From IMG/VR virus record IMGVR_UViG_3300017708_001182, positions 8,446 to 72,445 of that record: 64,000 nt of DNA; one strand, given 5' to 3'. Within the stretch, counting starts at the first letter, position 1. Every line of letters starts with the position of its first letter. This DNA is from a virus. Positions 10,773 to 22,051 of this stretch are shown here, piece by piece. The notes under the pieces were generated by a model. It made no database searches. It was not told the origin of the DNA and saw only the letters and a list, made by a program, of their open reading frames with translations. A program made the translations under genes and the position numbers.

Positions 10773-13700
10773 TTACCTATTTCTTTTTGGGATCGTTACA
10801 TCAAACTCTTTAGCAAAATCTTCATCAAACATTGCAAGATAGTTCACAAATGATTTAGAAAGAGGGAACATCTTCATTAAGTTCTTAGTTGGTTGTGCTC
10901 TTTTTCTAACCTCTTCAGCTGTTCTGTCAGGGTTTGATATGTCAAGTCCTGTAAGCTCTTTACTAAGATGTGTTGCAAATTTACCAATTTGTGATACAGT
11001 TCCAAGAAGAGGCATTCCTGAATCAAGTGTACTTGCCATCTCTACTGGATTATAAAAGAATCCTAGCTCACTAATAAACTTATCTACAACTTTTTGAATG
11101 TATCTAAACTGATTCTTTTTAGCTCTATCATCATCATCATCTGGAGCAAGTGCACCAATAGAAAATGACAGCGCAAGCATGTTAAGTAGAATTAAAAGTT
11201 CTTTTCTTTGATTATATAGATTAGTTTGTATTAAATCTGCAAAGTCTTCTTTAGTAATGTTTGCTTGTACGCCATTTTCTTTATAGTATTTTGTAGTGTA
11301 CCTTTCATAAAGTTCGTCTATTTTTAATAGACCTTCATCTGTACCTTTTATAATACCCTGGATTAAGTTACTTTTATTGGCAATACTTTCAAGAAGAAGT
11401 CCTCCCCATAATCTAGCTCTACCTATCTCATATCTTTCACCTGTAGCTATTCCATTCTCATCTATTTCTACGTTGAAGTCATCAGCAACTTTTCTGAATT
11501 CACTAAAGCGTGTGTCAAAAAGTTTAGGTATCCATCCCTTAAATACCATTAGTGAGCGAAGCCATATGTTCATATTCACTCTCATGTTATCAAAGTCTGT
11601 CATACCTCCTGTTGCAGTTCTAGCAATAGTTCTTGCTACATTAGTTAGACGTTGTAATTCTTTTCTGTTATTTAGATCTAGTCCTGGTACAACAAGCTTG
11701 CCATCTTCTAGTTTCTTTGTAGCGTTTATAGATCTTGTTTTTTGTAGTTCTTTAATCTCTTGTTCAATCTTTGGATTTAACTCTCTAAACTTTTCAGCAC
11801 TCTCAAATCTTGCTTTATATTTCTTCTTTACAAAATCTCTGATGTTTACAAGTTTACCATCTTCAACCATCATGTTGTCTAGAAGAGCCATAAAGACAGA
11901 CTTCTCTATGTGTAATTCAGGCTGTCTAAAGAAGAAGAACAAAGTATCAGAAAAGTTTTCACTACTAGCCATATTCATCCAGCTTGTGATTCCTGCCTGT
12001 TTAAATTTTTCATAAGTACGTTCTTCTTTTAGCGGCATAAAATTATCTAACAACTGTAAGAACATTTTTCTCTCATCGTCATCTTTAAATTTATTACCTA
12101 TAAGTTTACCTTCATACTTTAATACTTCTCTGTATTTAAAGTACTTTCCTGCCAGAGCACTTAATTGAACATTACCACCAAAAGCATTTACAGAACCAGA
12201 TATAAATTCAAAACCTAAAGATCTTGCTTGAGTATATCTATTTAAAGAATCCATTGTTTTTTGAACAGAATACAAACTTTCTCTACCAGTCATTATTTCT
12301 GCACCAGTTGCTTTATTTATAATGTCTGTTATTCTTTTTGTACTAAATCCTATATCAGAATCATCTGATGCATATTTTTGACCATAGAGTGTGGCTCTAA
12401 AGAATTCATCAATAATATCAAGATTCTTCTTAGAACCTGCTTCATATTGTAATCTTCCATTTTTCTTTAAAGCACCTCCAAATCTACCTGTCTTTATGTT
12501 TTTCTTAAACTGTTGTACAGTTTTAGCAAGAAGAAGTTGATCTTCTATCTCAGTTAGGTACTTATACTTGTTCATGTGATTAACATAAAGTAGTAGGTTT
12601 TTAAATACATCTAAACTAACATCAGAGTAGTCATTAGGACCTTCATCTTGAACACTAAAATCAGTAGTGTAGTATTTAGGTATAGAGTTTTCTATTTCAT
12701 TTGTAAGCTCATTGATAGATCCGTATCCAACATCATCAGCATTATTTTGTAGTCGCTCTTTGAATCTGGATATAGGAGGCAAGGAACCATCCCAGGCGAT
12801 ACTTTCTGCCATGCTCTTTCTAACAAATGGTAAAAATGTAGAACGTACAGCATTGTTTATATAACCCATGTCTGCAGCTTTTAAATTCATTTTAGTAACA
12901 AAATTAAAAAGCTCAAGTAATTCAGGATCTTTTTTAATTTCAACATATTCCTTGCTTTCCCACTTTTCTTTTGGATGTCTTTTTAGCACATAATTATTCC
13001 AGCCGTTAAAGTCAGTTCTAGTTACATCCCACATTTTATTAGCATCTAGTATTAACTTTTCTCTAAGTTCACCTTCTGGATTGTTTTTCTTTATTCTAGC
13101 AATAGACCTATCTAGTATAGGTTTAGACTCTTGATAGTAGGCTGGCAAGTTAACATTATCTTTAAGCCACTTCTTACTTCTTGCACCTTCTTCTCCATTA
13201 TCTTTCAATTCTGCATAAAACTCTGGAGCATATTTATATATTAGATTGTTTACAAGGCCACCTTTATCATCCTTTTGATATATAGCAGACACTATCTTTT
13301 TTAAATCACCACCTCTAGCTTTTAGTTTATCCCTGATGTCTAATAGCTCATTAGTTTCTATTAATGATTCTTGATTAGCTTTACCCATTGCAGCATTAGC
13401 CATCTTGTATAAAAGATCTGTAGCTGCTAAACCTATATCTGATAGTCCTCTAAACAATGACTTAAGTCCTCTTACAACTCTTTCTGGACTCATTAATCCT
13501 GTAACGAGATTACGTTCTCCTGAAAACTTAGAACTAAACTCTCCAGCAAGTTTTTTAATTTTTGAACCAGATCTACGAATAGATTCTTGTTGGTCTTTAA
13601 GTTTTTGGACAAGCTCTTTACGTGAAGCTATATTATCTTTGTCTTCTTCTGTAATAGCATCCTTCTCCATTTCTTTAGTGTAGATTAAATCACTAAGTTC

Positions 13701-15602
13701 ATCTGCAAGAGTTCCAAATACTTCTGAAGATGCTATGTATTCTCTCAACCTTGCAGAAAATTCAGAAAGCTCTACTTCTGTTAAGGACTCATCATCAGCT
13801 GGCCTTCCTTCATAAGAGGTCTTGTATTCTGAAATTATATTTGTACCCTCCCTTTCCATTACTGCAATTGCATCAATTAATGGTCCAAGGTTTTGATTAC
13901 CTCTTAAAGATCGTACTGCTTTTTTTATTAGGTTTAATCTCTCTATTTTATATTCATACTCATCATCTGTCTTTGGAGTTTTATCTTCTATAGATTTTTG
14001 AACAGCAACTAATTTTGAAAGCACATCATCAACAACATCTACTCCTGTTAGTTCTGTTTTTTCTGATACAGGTGTAAGTGTAAGAGGATCTATCTTTGAT
14101 GGATCAACACTACCTATCTTGATGCCTTTAATTTGTAAATTGCTTTTTCGATCTCTAGGATTTTCTCTTTTTAAATCCATTATTATTGGTATAGCTCTAT
14201 TCTTAGATATAGTATTTACACCATAGTTATCCAATAGTATTTCTTTATATCTACCAAGCTGTATATCATATGCTCCTTGTTTGTACCAAGCAACATCTTC
14301 AGCACCTTTATAGATACTCATAAACTTCCAGTCATAAATGTTTGCTGTACCATCTTCTTCAACAATCAACAAGTCAATTGTACCTGCTTCTTTTTCTTTA
14401 GTGTCATATATTTGTAATTCAGAAAAGACTAAAGGGTTCTTACCATTTTCTGAAAATGATGCAATAAGATCTGTGTAGTAGGTTTCTAATTTACTATACA
14501 CTTGGTTGTCAAGATCATTATCATAAACAGGCCTTGCTCCAGGGTTAACTCTTCTTGTACCATCACTATTAAAAAATCTAGAATGTGTATCCTCAAAGAA
14601 TTCATGGTACTTAGTACCTAATACACGTTTTACTTCATTGTCTTTCTCTTCTTGAGCTGTAAACTTTTTATCTCCAAGCTTACTTCTATACCAACGCTTA
14701 ACTCTATCGGTTACCCTTTTGGTGATTCTTATATACTCACCATCAACAAGAAGCTCGTAGTAACTTGTAGCTTTCTCCTCATCTGCTAATAAAGGATCTG
14801 CTTTTTGATTAGTTTCTATCTTTCTTAGAGAAGCTCTGGTGTCTTCCACCTTTCTTTGAAAGTCTTTCTGTTTATCTGATAATTGATAATATATTTCTGT
14901 GCTGTCTAGATCAAGAATACTTCCTTCAAACTCACCTCCCAATACTGTTTCAGCAGTCTTAGAAAATACATCAATGTTTGCTTTCTTATACTCACCTCTA
15001 AACCAGTCACTTATAGCATTCCACATTCTCATAAACAAAGACTGGTCAGCTTCTTCTAAATTTACATTAGGGTCGTTTGTAATTATAGCTGTAATCATTT
15101 TATCTACAGCTTCTTTCTTTATCTTACGAATGTTTGGTTTACCATTAGGTAGTTGATATGCTTCAATATCTCTGTACTCAGCTAGAGTATCTTTATATAT
15201 CTGGAACCTACCTATCTTAGATATCATCTCTGTAACAAGCTTAGGATCTTTTTGCTCAATGATTGCTGTAGCAATGTGAACCATTTCTTCTGTAAGTGTG
15301 TTCTGATCTACATTAGCTTCTGATATAGCAATTATACCAGCACCTAAGTCAGCAAGAGCATTTATACTAGACTCTTGAATAGCAGGATTATTTTTTGCAT
15401 ATTCAGTAAGGTCTTTTACATTAACACCCATCTTATCAATTACCTTCTTAACTTTAGCAATTACTTCAGAGGGAGTGTTACGTAGTTCACGTGAAGGTAC
15501 ATTACCATTGTACTTATCCCATAGAGCATAAGCCATGTTCTCTCCTCTAGCATTTACTAGTAGATTCCATTCTGGTAAGTTTATATTTGGACATGTTGCC
15601 AT
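10773..15602 (-). CDS. Giant ejected cargo protein (RNAP-associated cluster) with PD-(D/E)xK nuclease-like domain
   Basis: 1609 aa, directly downstream of the vRNAP. GTIDLLIVEEDGTANIYDWK...YDIQLGRY (about 14250-14390) is a PD-(D/E)xK signature. EEMVH is a degenerate zincin-like motif. Hydrophobic stretch near the C-terminus (LLILLNMLALSFSIGAL). Confidence 0.7.
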   Translation of the reverse strand: MATCPNINLPEWNLLVNARGENMAYALWDKYNGNVPSRELRNTPSEVIAKVKKVIDKMGVNVKDLTEYAKNNPAIQESSINALADLGAGIIAISEANVDQNTLTEEMVHIATAIIEQKDPKLVTEMISKIGRFQIYKDTLAEYRDIEAYQLPNGKPNIRKIKKEAVDKMITAIITNDPNVNLEEADQSLFMRMWNAISDWFRGEYKKANIDVFSKTAETVLGGEFEGSILDLDSTEIYYQLSDKQKDFQRKVEDTRASLRKIETNQKADPLLADEEKATSYYELLVDGEYIRITKRVTDRVKRWYRSKLGDKKFTAQEEKDNEVKRVLGTKYHEFFEDTHSRFFNSDGTRRVNPGARPVYDNDLDNQVYSKLETYYTDLIASFSENGKNPLVFSELQIYDTKEKEAGTIDLLIVEEDGTANIYDWKFMSIYKGAEDVAWYKQGAYDIQLGRYKEILLDNYGVNTISKNRAIPIIMDLKRENPRDRKSNLQIKGIKIGSVDPSKIDPLTLTPVSEKTELTGVDVVDDVLSKLVAVQKSIEDKTPKTDDEYEYKIERLNLIKKAVRSLRGNQNLGPLIDAIAVMEREGTNIISEYKTSYEGRPADDESLTEVELSEFSARLREYIASSEVFGTLADELSDLIYTKEMEKDAITEEDKDNIASRKELVQKLKDQQESIRRSGSKIKKLAGEFSSKFSGERNLVTGLMSPERVVRGLKSLFRGLSDIGLAATDLLYKMANAAMGKANQESLIETNELLDIRDKLKARGGDLKKIVSAIYQKDDKGGLVNNLIYKYAPEFYAELKDNGEEGARSKKWLKDNVNLPAYYQESKPILDRSIARIKKNNPEGELREKLILDANKMWDVTRTDFNGWNNYVLKRHPKEKWESKEYVEIKKDPELLELFNFVTKMNLKAADMGYINNAVRSTFLPFVRKSMAESIAWDGSLPPISRFKERLQNNADDVGYGSINELTNEIENSIPKYYTTDFSVQDEGPNDYSDVSLDVFKNLLLYVNHMNKYKYLTEIEDQLLLAKTVQQFKKNIKTGRFGGALKKNGRLQYEAGSKKNLDIIDEFFRATLYGQKYASDDSDIGFSTKRITDIINKATGAEIMTGRESLYSVQKTMDSLNRYTQARSLGFEFISGSVNAFGGNVQLSALAGKYFKYREVLKYEGKLIGNKFKDDDERKMFLQLLDNFMPLKEERTYEKFKQAGITSWMNMASSENFSDTLFFFFRQPELHIEKSVFMALLDNMMVEDGKLVNIRDFVKKKYKARFESAEKFRELNPKIEQEIKELQKTRSINATKKLEDGKLVVPGLDLNNRKELQRLTNVARTIARTATGGMTDFDNMRVNMNIWLRSLMVFKGWIPKLFDTRFSEFRKVADDFNVEIDENGIATGERYEIGRARLWGGLLLESIANKSNLIQGIIKGTDEGLLKIDELYERYTTKYYKENGVQANITKEDFADLIQTNLYNQRKELLILLNMLALSFSIGALAPDDDDDRAKKNQFRYIQKVVDKFISELGFFYNPVEMASTLDSGMPLLGTVSQIGKFATHLSKELTGLDISNPDRTAEEVRKRAQPTKNLMKMFPLSKSFVNYLAMFDEDFAKEFDVTIPKRNR

Positions 15603-18600
15603 TAGCCTTTACATTTTGCGTTAATTATTTCACCAGCTTGTTCTGGAGTGTATCCAAGTCTTCCAGTTAAAGTTTCAAAGTTTATCATTGAAGCTGCAAA
15701 TGATCTATTGTTTACAGTTATCCTGTCTCCTTTTATAGTTATTACTAAATCTCCCTCTTCCACTTTAGTGTAAGATTTTTTCTTATCTGACTTTACCATA
15801 TAAGGAATTATTTGTTCGTCAATCACTTCATTTTCTACTTTCATCATCCTGTTATCAATAATAGATTCTTTAGCTTCTGTATAAAACTCATTAGCTCTAA
15901 AGCTATCTCCAAGTGCGTTAATTGGTTTGTATACAAAATAAAGTCTCCCATTATTGTCCGCTGTTGTAAGAGGAGTTATTTTATCAGCATCATAAACCTT
16001 TTTATATAATCCTCTATTTATGTAAGAGTAATCTCCAGCTTTACGCATTGCAGCTCTTTCTGTAGCTGATATCTTAAGATCTACCCAAGAGAATACTTCA
16101 AACTCTCCACCTCTTCCACCGCTTACTAATTGTGGTATGTCACCTGCTTTTATAGCACCTCTTAAATTATTATACCCAAAGAATGATATACTTGGGTAGT
16201 AAAATCTTCCATTCTTATCTTTTAGTGCATTCAAGGTTGTAGAAGGCACTATATCACTATCATTCCAATTGTTTCTTTGAAATACTGAAAGGTTATGAAA
16301 GTCTTGTAAGTTAGGTAATTTTTCTATTCTAGACAAGGTTTTATTATATATCCTTGAAAAGTCTTCATAAGGAATAAGTGATGTAAATGATATAGGAGAG
16401 TTGTTAAGACCTGATTGTAATATAGACAATTCAACTATTCTATCATACAAACTTGTTTCACCTTTTAAATACTCTCTTAGTTCACGAAAAGAATATATAA
16501 TATTATTTTGATCATATACTTTGTTGTCTCTGTTTGCAAGCTTTAAATTAGTTGGTGTGTTTCCAGCTGCTCTAGAAGATTGCACTTCCAATATATCTAT
16601 AATCTGATTATTATATAAAGGATGTTTTGGGTTTTTCTTTACGGTATCAATAAAAGACAAAACCTGAGAACCCACTCCATTATCAGCCAACAATACCTTT
16701 TGTAGATCATTGTTTAAGTTTTGATCTGTTTGTACAGCCCAATCAAATAAATCATTCATTGCTTTTCTAGCCACCTTTACAAACACTTTATTAGGCAAGT
16801 TTACATATGGCATTAATGTTTGTTGAAGAACATCCCTAACTCTACCTGCATCAGAGGGAAGAAAGTTAGCTACTGCATCTGCAGCATCATTAATTTTATC
16901 AGCTAGGTTTCCAATATACGAGTTATTAAGTATATCATCTGCAGATGAAATAATAGTATTTTGAGCTGAAGCAAACTGAACATTCTTTTTAAATACTAAA
17001 GATGGATCATTAAAGTTTGTTGTGTCCCAGTTGGTACCCTGCGTAACTGTGTATAACTGGTTAGCCATCTTAGAATACTTTAAGAATTCTTTTAGTATAA
17101 ATATCTGGTCTAAGTTTTCCTTAGCAGTAAGTTTTTCTTTACCTAATGTACCACGTAGAGAATCTTTGCTAGGTATGACTTTAGGTAGTTTCTTTTCTTG
17201 AGCTTCTGTCAGCCCTCCATAATTAGCTATAGTCTCACCTATAAAGTCATCTATAAATATAAACTTATATCCTGCATTCTCAATTGACTGTATGTGATCA
17301 CGAATTATAGGTTGATTCATAAAGTAGGCTACAGTGTCTACTGGTACACCTATCTTTACAAGAAACATAAATGCAGATGTTAGGTTTGGAGTAGCACCCA
17401 TCTCCATAATCCATGGTCCTGCAGCTATATCTACATAACCATCTATAAACTGACTGTTTATATTTGATATTAGTTTTTCATCTACATTATTTATACCAGA
17501 TAATGATGGATACTCTTTACCATCTAACTCAACTTTATTGTATTCTGCAAATTTAATTTCTCCATCTCCTAAAAACCTTGCATCTTCTAATGATACATAT
17601 TTTAAATTATCTTTGTTTACGTATATAATACCTCTCTGATTAAGTGAGTGATTAGTTTGATTCACTGCAGCAATTCCAATAGCTTGTTTACCTGCTACAA
17701 AAGCCTGTCTTAATCTAGACATAAATCTTCTGTCAAGCATGTTTGATACATCCGAATAGTCAAAAGATTTACCTGTTGTACGTTCAACAATATCTCTAGC
17801 AATATTCTCTAAATCAGTAGAATCATTTGGTTTAATAAGATTTTTAAAGTTTTCTCTAGAAGTAATTATATTTTCAGATGACTGTATGAATTCATTTTCT
17901 AAAGATTGCTTATATAATCTATTAACTATTGCATCTTTTAAATCTAATTCCTTTAAAGTTTCTGCAAACTCTTGTACTATATCTTCTTCTGATACCATTC
18001 CAAGTTTACTTAGTAAGTTGTTTAACTCTTCATCTTGCTCTATTTTTATGTTACCAGCATTAAAATCTGTAAGAATTCTACCAAGTGCGTCCTGTTGTTT
18101 TTTATTAAGTAGTTCACCTCTATCAAACATTTTACTAAACTTATCTTTTGCCTCTTTACCCATTCCAAAGTATGGAACCATTTTAAGTTTGCCATTTTGA
18201 TAAAATACATTCTTAAAGTACATTGATAATTTATCAATATCAAAATCCGATCCTACCTTTTCTACAATTGCTGATGGTACAACAACACTACCTCCAAATT
18301 CTTGTGGTAAGAATTTCTTTATTTTAAATGCATCAATAGAGTTTTGTGCTTGTGTTGGTATACGAAAAGCTACACCGCTTAATATCTTTTGACCTTCTTC
18401 TGTATTATTTAGATAGTCAAGAAGATCTTCATCAGACATATTACTATTAAACCAACGACCCACCATAACTTCCATTACTCGCTTACCGTCTTTATCTTCA
18501 TAGAACTTAAGAACATCAGATGTATATCCTTCTTTGCCATTAATTTCTGTCTTAGCAATTCTATTAGCTTCAAACAATGCTGAAGATATCTGCACTAATT

Positions 18601-21600
18601 GTGAACCTGATATTTTAGGACTTACAATCTGTTTGTCTATAATAGAATATAAAATATTTCTAATTATTTGGTATGCAGGGGTTGCTTCAAGAACACCATC
18701 ACCATTTAAAAATGCTGTAAGAGCATCAGAAATATTATCATTTGTTTCTCTTCTAAAAATTTCTTCACGAAGTGTTTTGACAACCTTTGATCTACCAGTT
18801 TCTTCATCAAGAACAATTTCCCCATTTACTTCAGACAGACCTAGACGTTTTAATAAACCCTGATAACCTTCATTAGTCATCTCTTCTAGCAACGATTGGT
18901 TATTAACAATTTCCTTGTATAAATCAGAACTTGCTTCTTTCTCTTCCTTAGATAGAGTTAACCATTTATCAAATCCACCTTTGTAATCGACAGGCACTCC
19001 GTTCTCCATAAGGTCCATGGTGATAAGCTTAGTAATCTGGGACCCTCGTGTTACTAATGCTTTATCTTTAGAACGTACTTCAGATTGTAAGCTTATTATA
19101 GATAGTGGAACATTAACTATAGACTCATACTCAGCATCATTAAATGATCCATCTTCTTCATTGTATGTAACATGTGATGATTCAGCTCCTACCTTTCTAC
19201 CAGATTCAAACACCATGTAATCTATGTTCTCCTTCTGCATTTTGTTGTACAATCTAACTCCATTATCTGCACCAAGCTCTTTCATCACTCTGTAAGATAG
19301 AGGATACAATGAAAACTTATCAAGCACTATATTATTATATGAAGAAGGATTTCCATTCTTACCTAACTTAGTTCCTGATGTAATAGGTTTTAAGGGATCA
19401 AACGCACTCTTTATTTTAGGATTACCTTCTTTTAAAAGTTTATTCTCTTCTTCTAATAAGGTTAATTCTTTATCACGTTTCTCCCAGGCAACCTCATATC
19501 TAAATTGCTTCTCTTCATTCTCATTCCAATCTGCTGATCTAATTCTAAAATTACGATAGGCTTTATAAAGTATACTACCACCACCATCAGTTTCTTCAAA
19601 TCGACCATAACCTGGAAGATTTATAACACCAAGAACATCTTTATGAGATACTGTTTTAAAATAATCTTGAGTAAAGTTAGTATATCCTATATCATCTTTA
19701 CTATACCCTTCATTAAACACTGTATTATAAGCCACATTCATTTTAGGTGAATTGCTTACAATAGCCTGTCTTGGTGATAAGAAACTTTTAATACGCTTAA
19801 GTTCATCTTTGTATTGATATGGATCTGAGTAAATTAATTTATGCATTTCTATATTAGCCACTACATAGTTTACACTCATTAATATCATCTCATTAGTAAA
19901 CTGATCTTTACTTACTTTTGATAACCCTTCTATATCTTTTACTTCAATAAACTTATCTCCCTCTACTATCATCCCAAATCTATTCATGTAAGAAACTGTA
20001 TTGCTTACATCTTTGAGTATAAAGTTACGTACAGCAGATGCTATTTCACTTCCATGTAGTTTATATAGTTCTTCTGGTGTACGTGTTGAAGAAACTATTT
20101 CATTGTGTAATTTATCACCAAGGATACTTTTAAAGAAACGTAAGTCTTTACTATCTCTACCTGCAGCAACTGGACGATCTTCTCTAGATAGTCTTACCTC
20201 TGATAGGAAGTACTCTTTGAATATTGCATTTATATCAGCCATTCCTCTAACTAGGTCAGATGTTTTTAAAGGATTACCCATGTATATCATATGCTCAAGA
20301 GAGGCATCACCAGGAACTAGATTAATATATTGACCATTACGATTCAGATTAAGTTCTTGAATAAATCTTTGCCTTGCAGTTAATCTACTAGAAGTTGTAA
20401 GTCTATTTTTTATCTTATTATCAATACCACCTACATAACCTGGTTTTAAAAGCTCGCTAGCTCCTGCTTTCTTTTTACCATCTTCAGTAAACATTCTTCT
20501 TAAAAGATTAGATCCTTCACTGAATACATCTTTTAATAAGTATTCATACTTTGTACCTGCTAATTGATTTAGATTACTTATTGAAGCAAGAGCATCATGT
20601 AATTCAGAGACAGCATTTGTACCCATAAAAACTTGTACACGCTCACCTTGTAAGTTAAAATATGTACTACTAAATTCAGGATTAGAAGCAACTTCTTGAA
20701 TAATCCCTAGCTCTAACAATCGTTTGTTTACATCTAGAGATCTTGTAGAAAATGTAGATATTTCTGGAGTGTTACTTAAACTTCTAACTAGCCCACCAAG
20801 CACTTCCTCAAACTTTTTCTTGTTTGCAGGACTTAGTTTATTGTAGTCTGAAGGACTAAAATTTATTCCTAATGTTGATAAGAAATTAAGTTTACCAGAT
20901 CTTGTTGTTAAATTAATCTTATTTAGCTTAGATCTATTTACAATATACTTTCTTTTCTTTTCATCATAATCAAAAAATCCTTTGTTTGCTTTTGATAAAG
21001 TAGATATAGCACCAATATATTTATCTCTTAATTGAAGAGCAGCACTAGACAATGCAGCATCACCTACAGCAATCTCACCATTTTCAAACACAAATAAGTT
21101 CTTAACATCTGGTGCATACTTTTTAAATGTCTTCCATAAACCAGAAAGTAATTGAATACCGTGTGTTGTATCAATATTACTAAAGTCAACTCCAGCTTGA
21201 AGAACAGAGCTTCTCGTTAAACGTGAGTACAGCATTTCATATGTAGAATCTTCAATTGCTAAATTTTTCAACCTCTCAATCATTTCTTCTACACTTCTAG
21301 ATGTGTGAAGTTTAGCCATCAGTGTAATAAAAGTTTTACTTGAAGAGACAAGTAATCTTCCACCAATAGAGGATACCACATTATTTCCACTTTTATCAAC
21401 TATAGGATTAGCAGCAAGAAGTAATTTAATAGCTACATTTGCTTTTCTAAAGTTATCTATTTTTGAAGCATCAAATCTATTACTTTCTCTAACTCTATCC
21501 TCATCATTTAATTGCAAAGAATCATTCTCATCAAACTCTACACTGTATGCTCTTATGTATTCTCTATGTTTTGCTTCAAGTCTTGGCCAGTCTTTAAGCA

Positions 21601-22051
21601 CATCTATCATCAATTGACGATTATTTTTAATAATGTCTTCTAGTCTTTCTTTTTGTGCCTTAGTTAAATCTTTGTTGTTATTAATAATATCATTGATAGC
21701 ATTCTCTTTACCTTTGATCGTTGCTAATACACCAACTTTTAAATCATTGTAAAGTGTACTTGCATTTATTTTTTCTATATTAAATAAGTTTTCATCTGAC
21801 TTGATAAAATCATTTAACATTAGAAATGTCATTTCTTGAATAACATCAAAAGTTTGCTTATCGCTCAACACTTTAGAAGGTGTATCATCAGCTTGTTGTG
21901 AATCAAACAAATCATCAATAGGTGCATCACGAAATTCTATTTCAGGAACCTCACCATTGTACTTAGCCCATAGGTAATATGCCTCACGCTCCCCTTTAGC
22001 AGCTACAAGTCTTTTCCATTCAGGCAATTTTATGTTAGGACATACTCCCAT
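15602..22051 (-). CDS. Virion-packaged DNA-dependent RNA polymerase (phi14:2 gp66-like)
   Basis: 2149 aa. Catalytic DxDxD motif GSDFDIDKL (DFDID at 18233-18247) preceded by FRIPTQ, as in crAss-like two-barrel vRNAPs. Size and position fit. Confidence 0.92.
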   Translation of the reverse strand: MGVCPNIKLPEWKRLVAAKGEREAYYLWAKYNGEVPEIEFRDAPIDDLFDSQQADDTPSKVLSDKQTFDVIQEMTFLMLNDFIKSDENLFNIEKINASTLYNDLKVGVLATIKGKENAINDIINNNKDLTKAQKERLEDIIKNNRQLMIDVLKDWPRLEAKHREYIRAYSVEFDENDSLQLNDEDRVRESNRFDASKIDNFRKANVAIKLLLAANPIVDKSGNNVVSSIGGRLLVSSSKTFITLMAKLHTSRSVEEMIERLKNLAIEDSTYEMLYSRLTRSSVLQAGVDFSNIDTTHGIQLLSGLWKTFKKYAPDVKNLFVFENGEIAVGDAALSSAALQLRDKYIGAISTLSKANKGFFDYDEKKRKYIVNRSKLNKINLTTRSGKLNFLSTLGINFSPSDYNKLSPANKKKFEEVLGGLVRSLSNTPEISTFSTRSLDVNKRLLELGIIQEVASNPEFSSTYFNLQGERVQVFMGTNAVSELHDALASISNLNQLAGTKYEYLLKDVFSEGSNLLRRMFTEDGKKKAGASELLKPGYVGGIDNKIKNRLTTSSRLTARQRFIQELNLNRNGQYINLVPGDASLEHMIYMGNPLKTSDLVRGMADINAIFKEYFLSEVRLSREDRPVAAGRDSKDLRFFKSILGDKLHNEIVSSTRTPEELYKLHGSEIASAVRNFILKDVSNTVSYMNRFGMIVEGDKFIEVKDIEGLSKVSKDQFTNEMILMSVNYVVANIEMHKLIYSDPYQYKDELKRIKSFLSPRQAIVSNSPKMNVAYNTVFNEGYSKDDIGYTNFTQDYFKTVSHKDVLGVINLPGYGRFEETDGGGSILYKAYRNFRIRSADWNENEEKQFRYEVAWEKRDKELTLLEEENKLLKEGNPKIKSAFDPLKPITSGTKLGKNGNPSSYNNIVLDKFSLYPLSYRVMKELGADNGVRLYNKMQKENIDYMVFESGRKVGAESSHVTYNEEDGSFNDAEYESIVNVPLSIISLQSEVRSKDKALVTRGSQITKLITMDLMENGVPVDYKGGFDKWLTLSKEEKEASSDLYKEIVNNQSLLEEMTNEGYQGLLKRLGLSEVNGEIVLDEETGRSKVVKTLREEIFRRETNDNISDALTAFLNGDGVLEATPAYQIIRNILYSIIDKQIVSPKISGSQLVQISSALFEANRIAKTEINGKEGYTSDVLKFYEDKDGKRVMEVMVGRWFNSNMSDEDLLDYLNNTEEGQKILSGVAFRIPTQAQNSIDAFKIKKFLPQEFGGSVVVPSAIVEKVGSDFDIDKLSMYFKNVFYQNGKLKMVPYFGMGKEAKDKFSKMFDRGELLNKKQQDALGRILTDFNAGNIKIEQDEELNNLLSKLGMVSEEDIVQEFAETLKELDLKDAIVNRLYKQSLENEFIQSSENIITSRENFKNLIKPNDSTDLENIARDIVERTTGKSFDYSDVSNMLDRRFMSRLRQAFVAGKQAIGIAAVNQTNHSLNQRGIIYVNKDNLKYVSLEDARFLGDGEIKFAEYNKVELDGKEYPSLSGINNVDEKLISNINSQFIDGYVDIAAGPWIMEMGATPNLTSAFMFLVKIGVPVDTVAYFMNQPIIRDHIQSIENAGYKFIFIDDFIGETIANYGGLTEAQEKKLPKVIPSKDSLRGTLGKEKLTAKENLDQIFILKEFLKYSKMANQLYTVTQGTNWDTTNFNDPSLVFKKNVQFASAQNTIISSADDILNNSYIGNLADKINDAADAVANFLPSDAGRVRDVLQQTLMPYVNLPNKVFVKVARKAMNDLFDWAVQTDQNLNNDLQKVLLADNGVGSQVLSFIDTVKKNPKHPLYNNQIIDILEVQSSRAAGNTPTNLKLANRDNKVYDQNNIIYSFRELREYLKGETSLYDRIVELSILQSGLNNSPISFTSLIPYEDFSRIYNKTLSRIEKLPNLQDFHNLSVFQRNNWNDSDIVPSTTLNALKDKNGRFYYPSISFFGYNNLRGAIKAGDIPQLVSGGRGGEFEVFSWVDLKISATERAAMRKAGDYSYINRGLYKKVYDADKITPLTTADNNGRLYFVYKPINALGDSFRANEFYTEAKESIIDNRMMKVENEVIDEQIIPYMVKSDKKKSYTKVEEGDLVITIKGDRITVNNRSFAASMINFETLTGRLGYTPEQAGEIINAKCKG

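Noticed and set aside
15602-22051. Intein or intron in the vRNAP
   Set aside because: Length is similar to known single-chain crAss vRNAPs. I saw no intein splice motifs or frame break.
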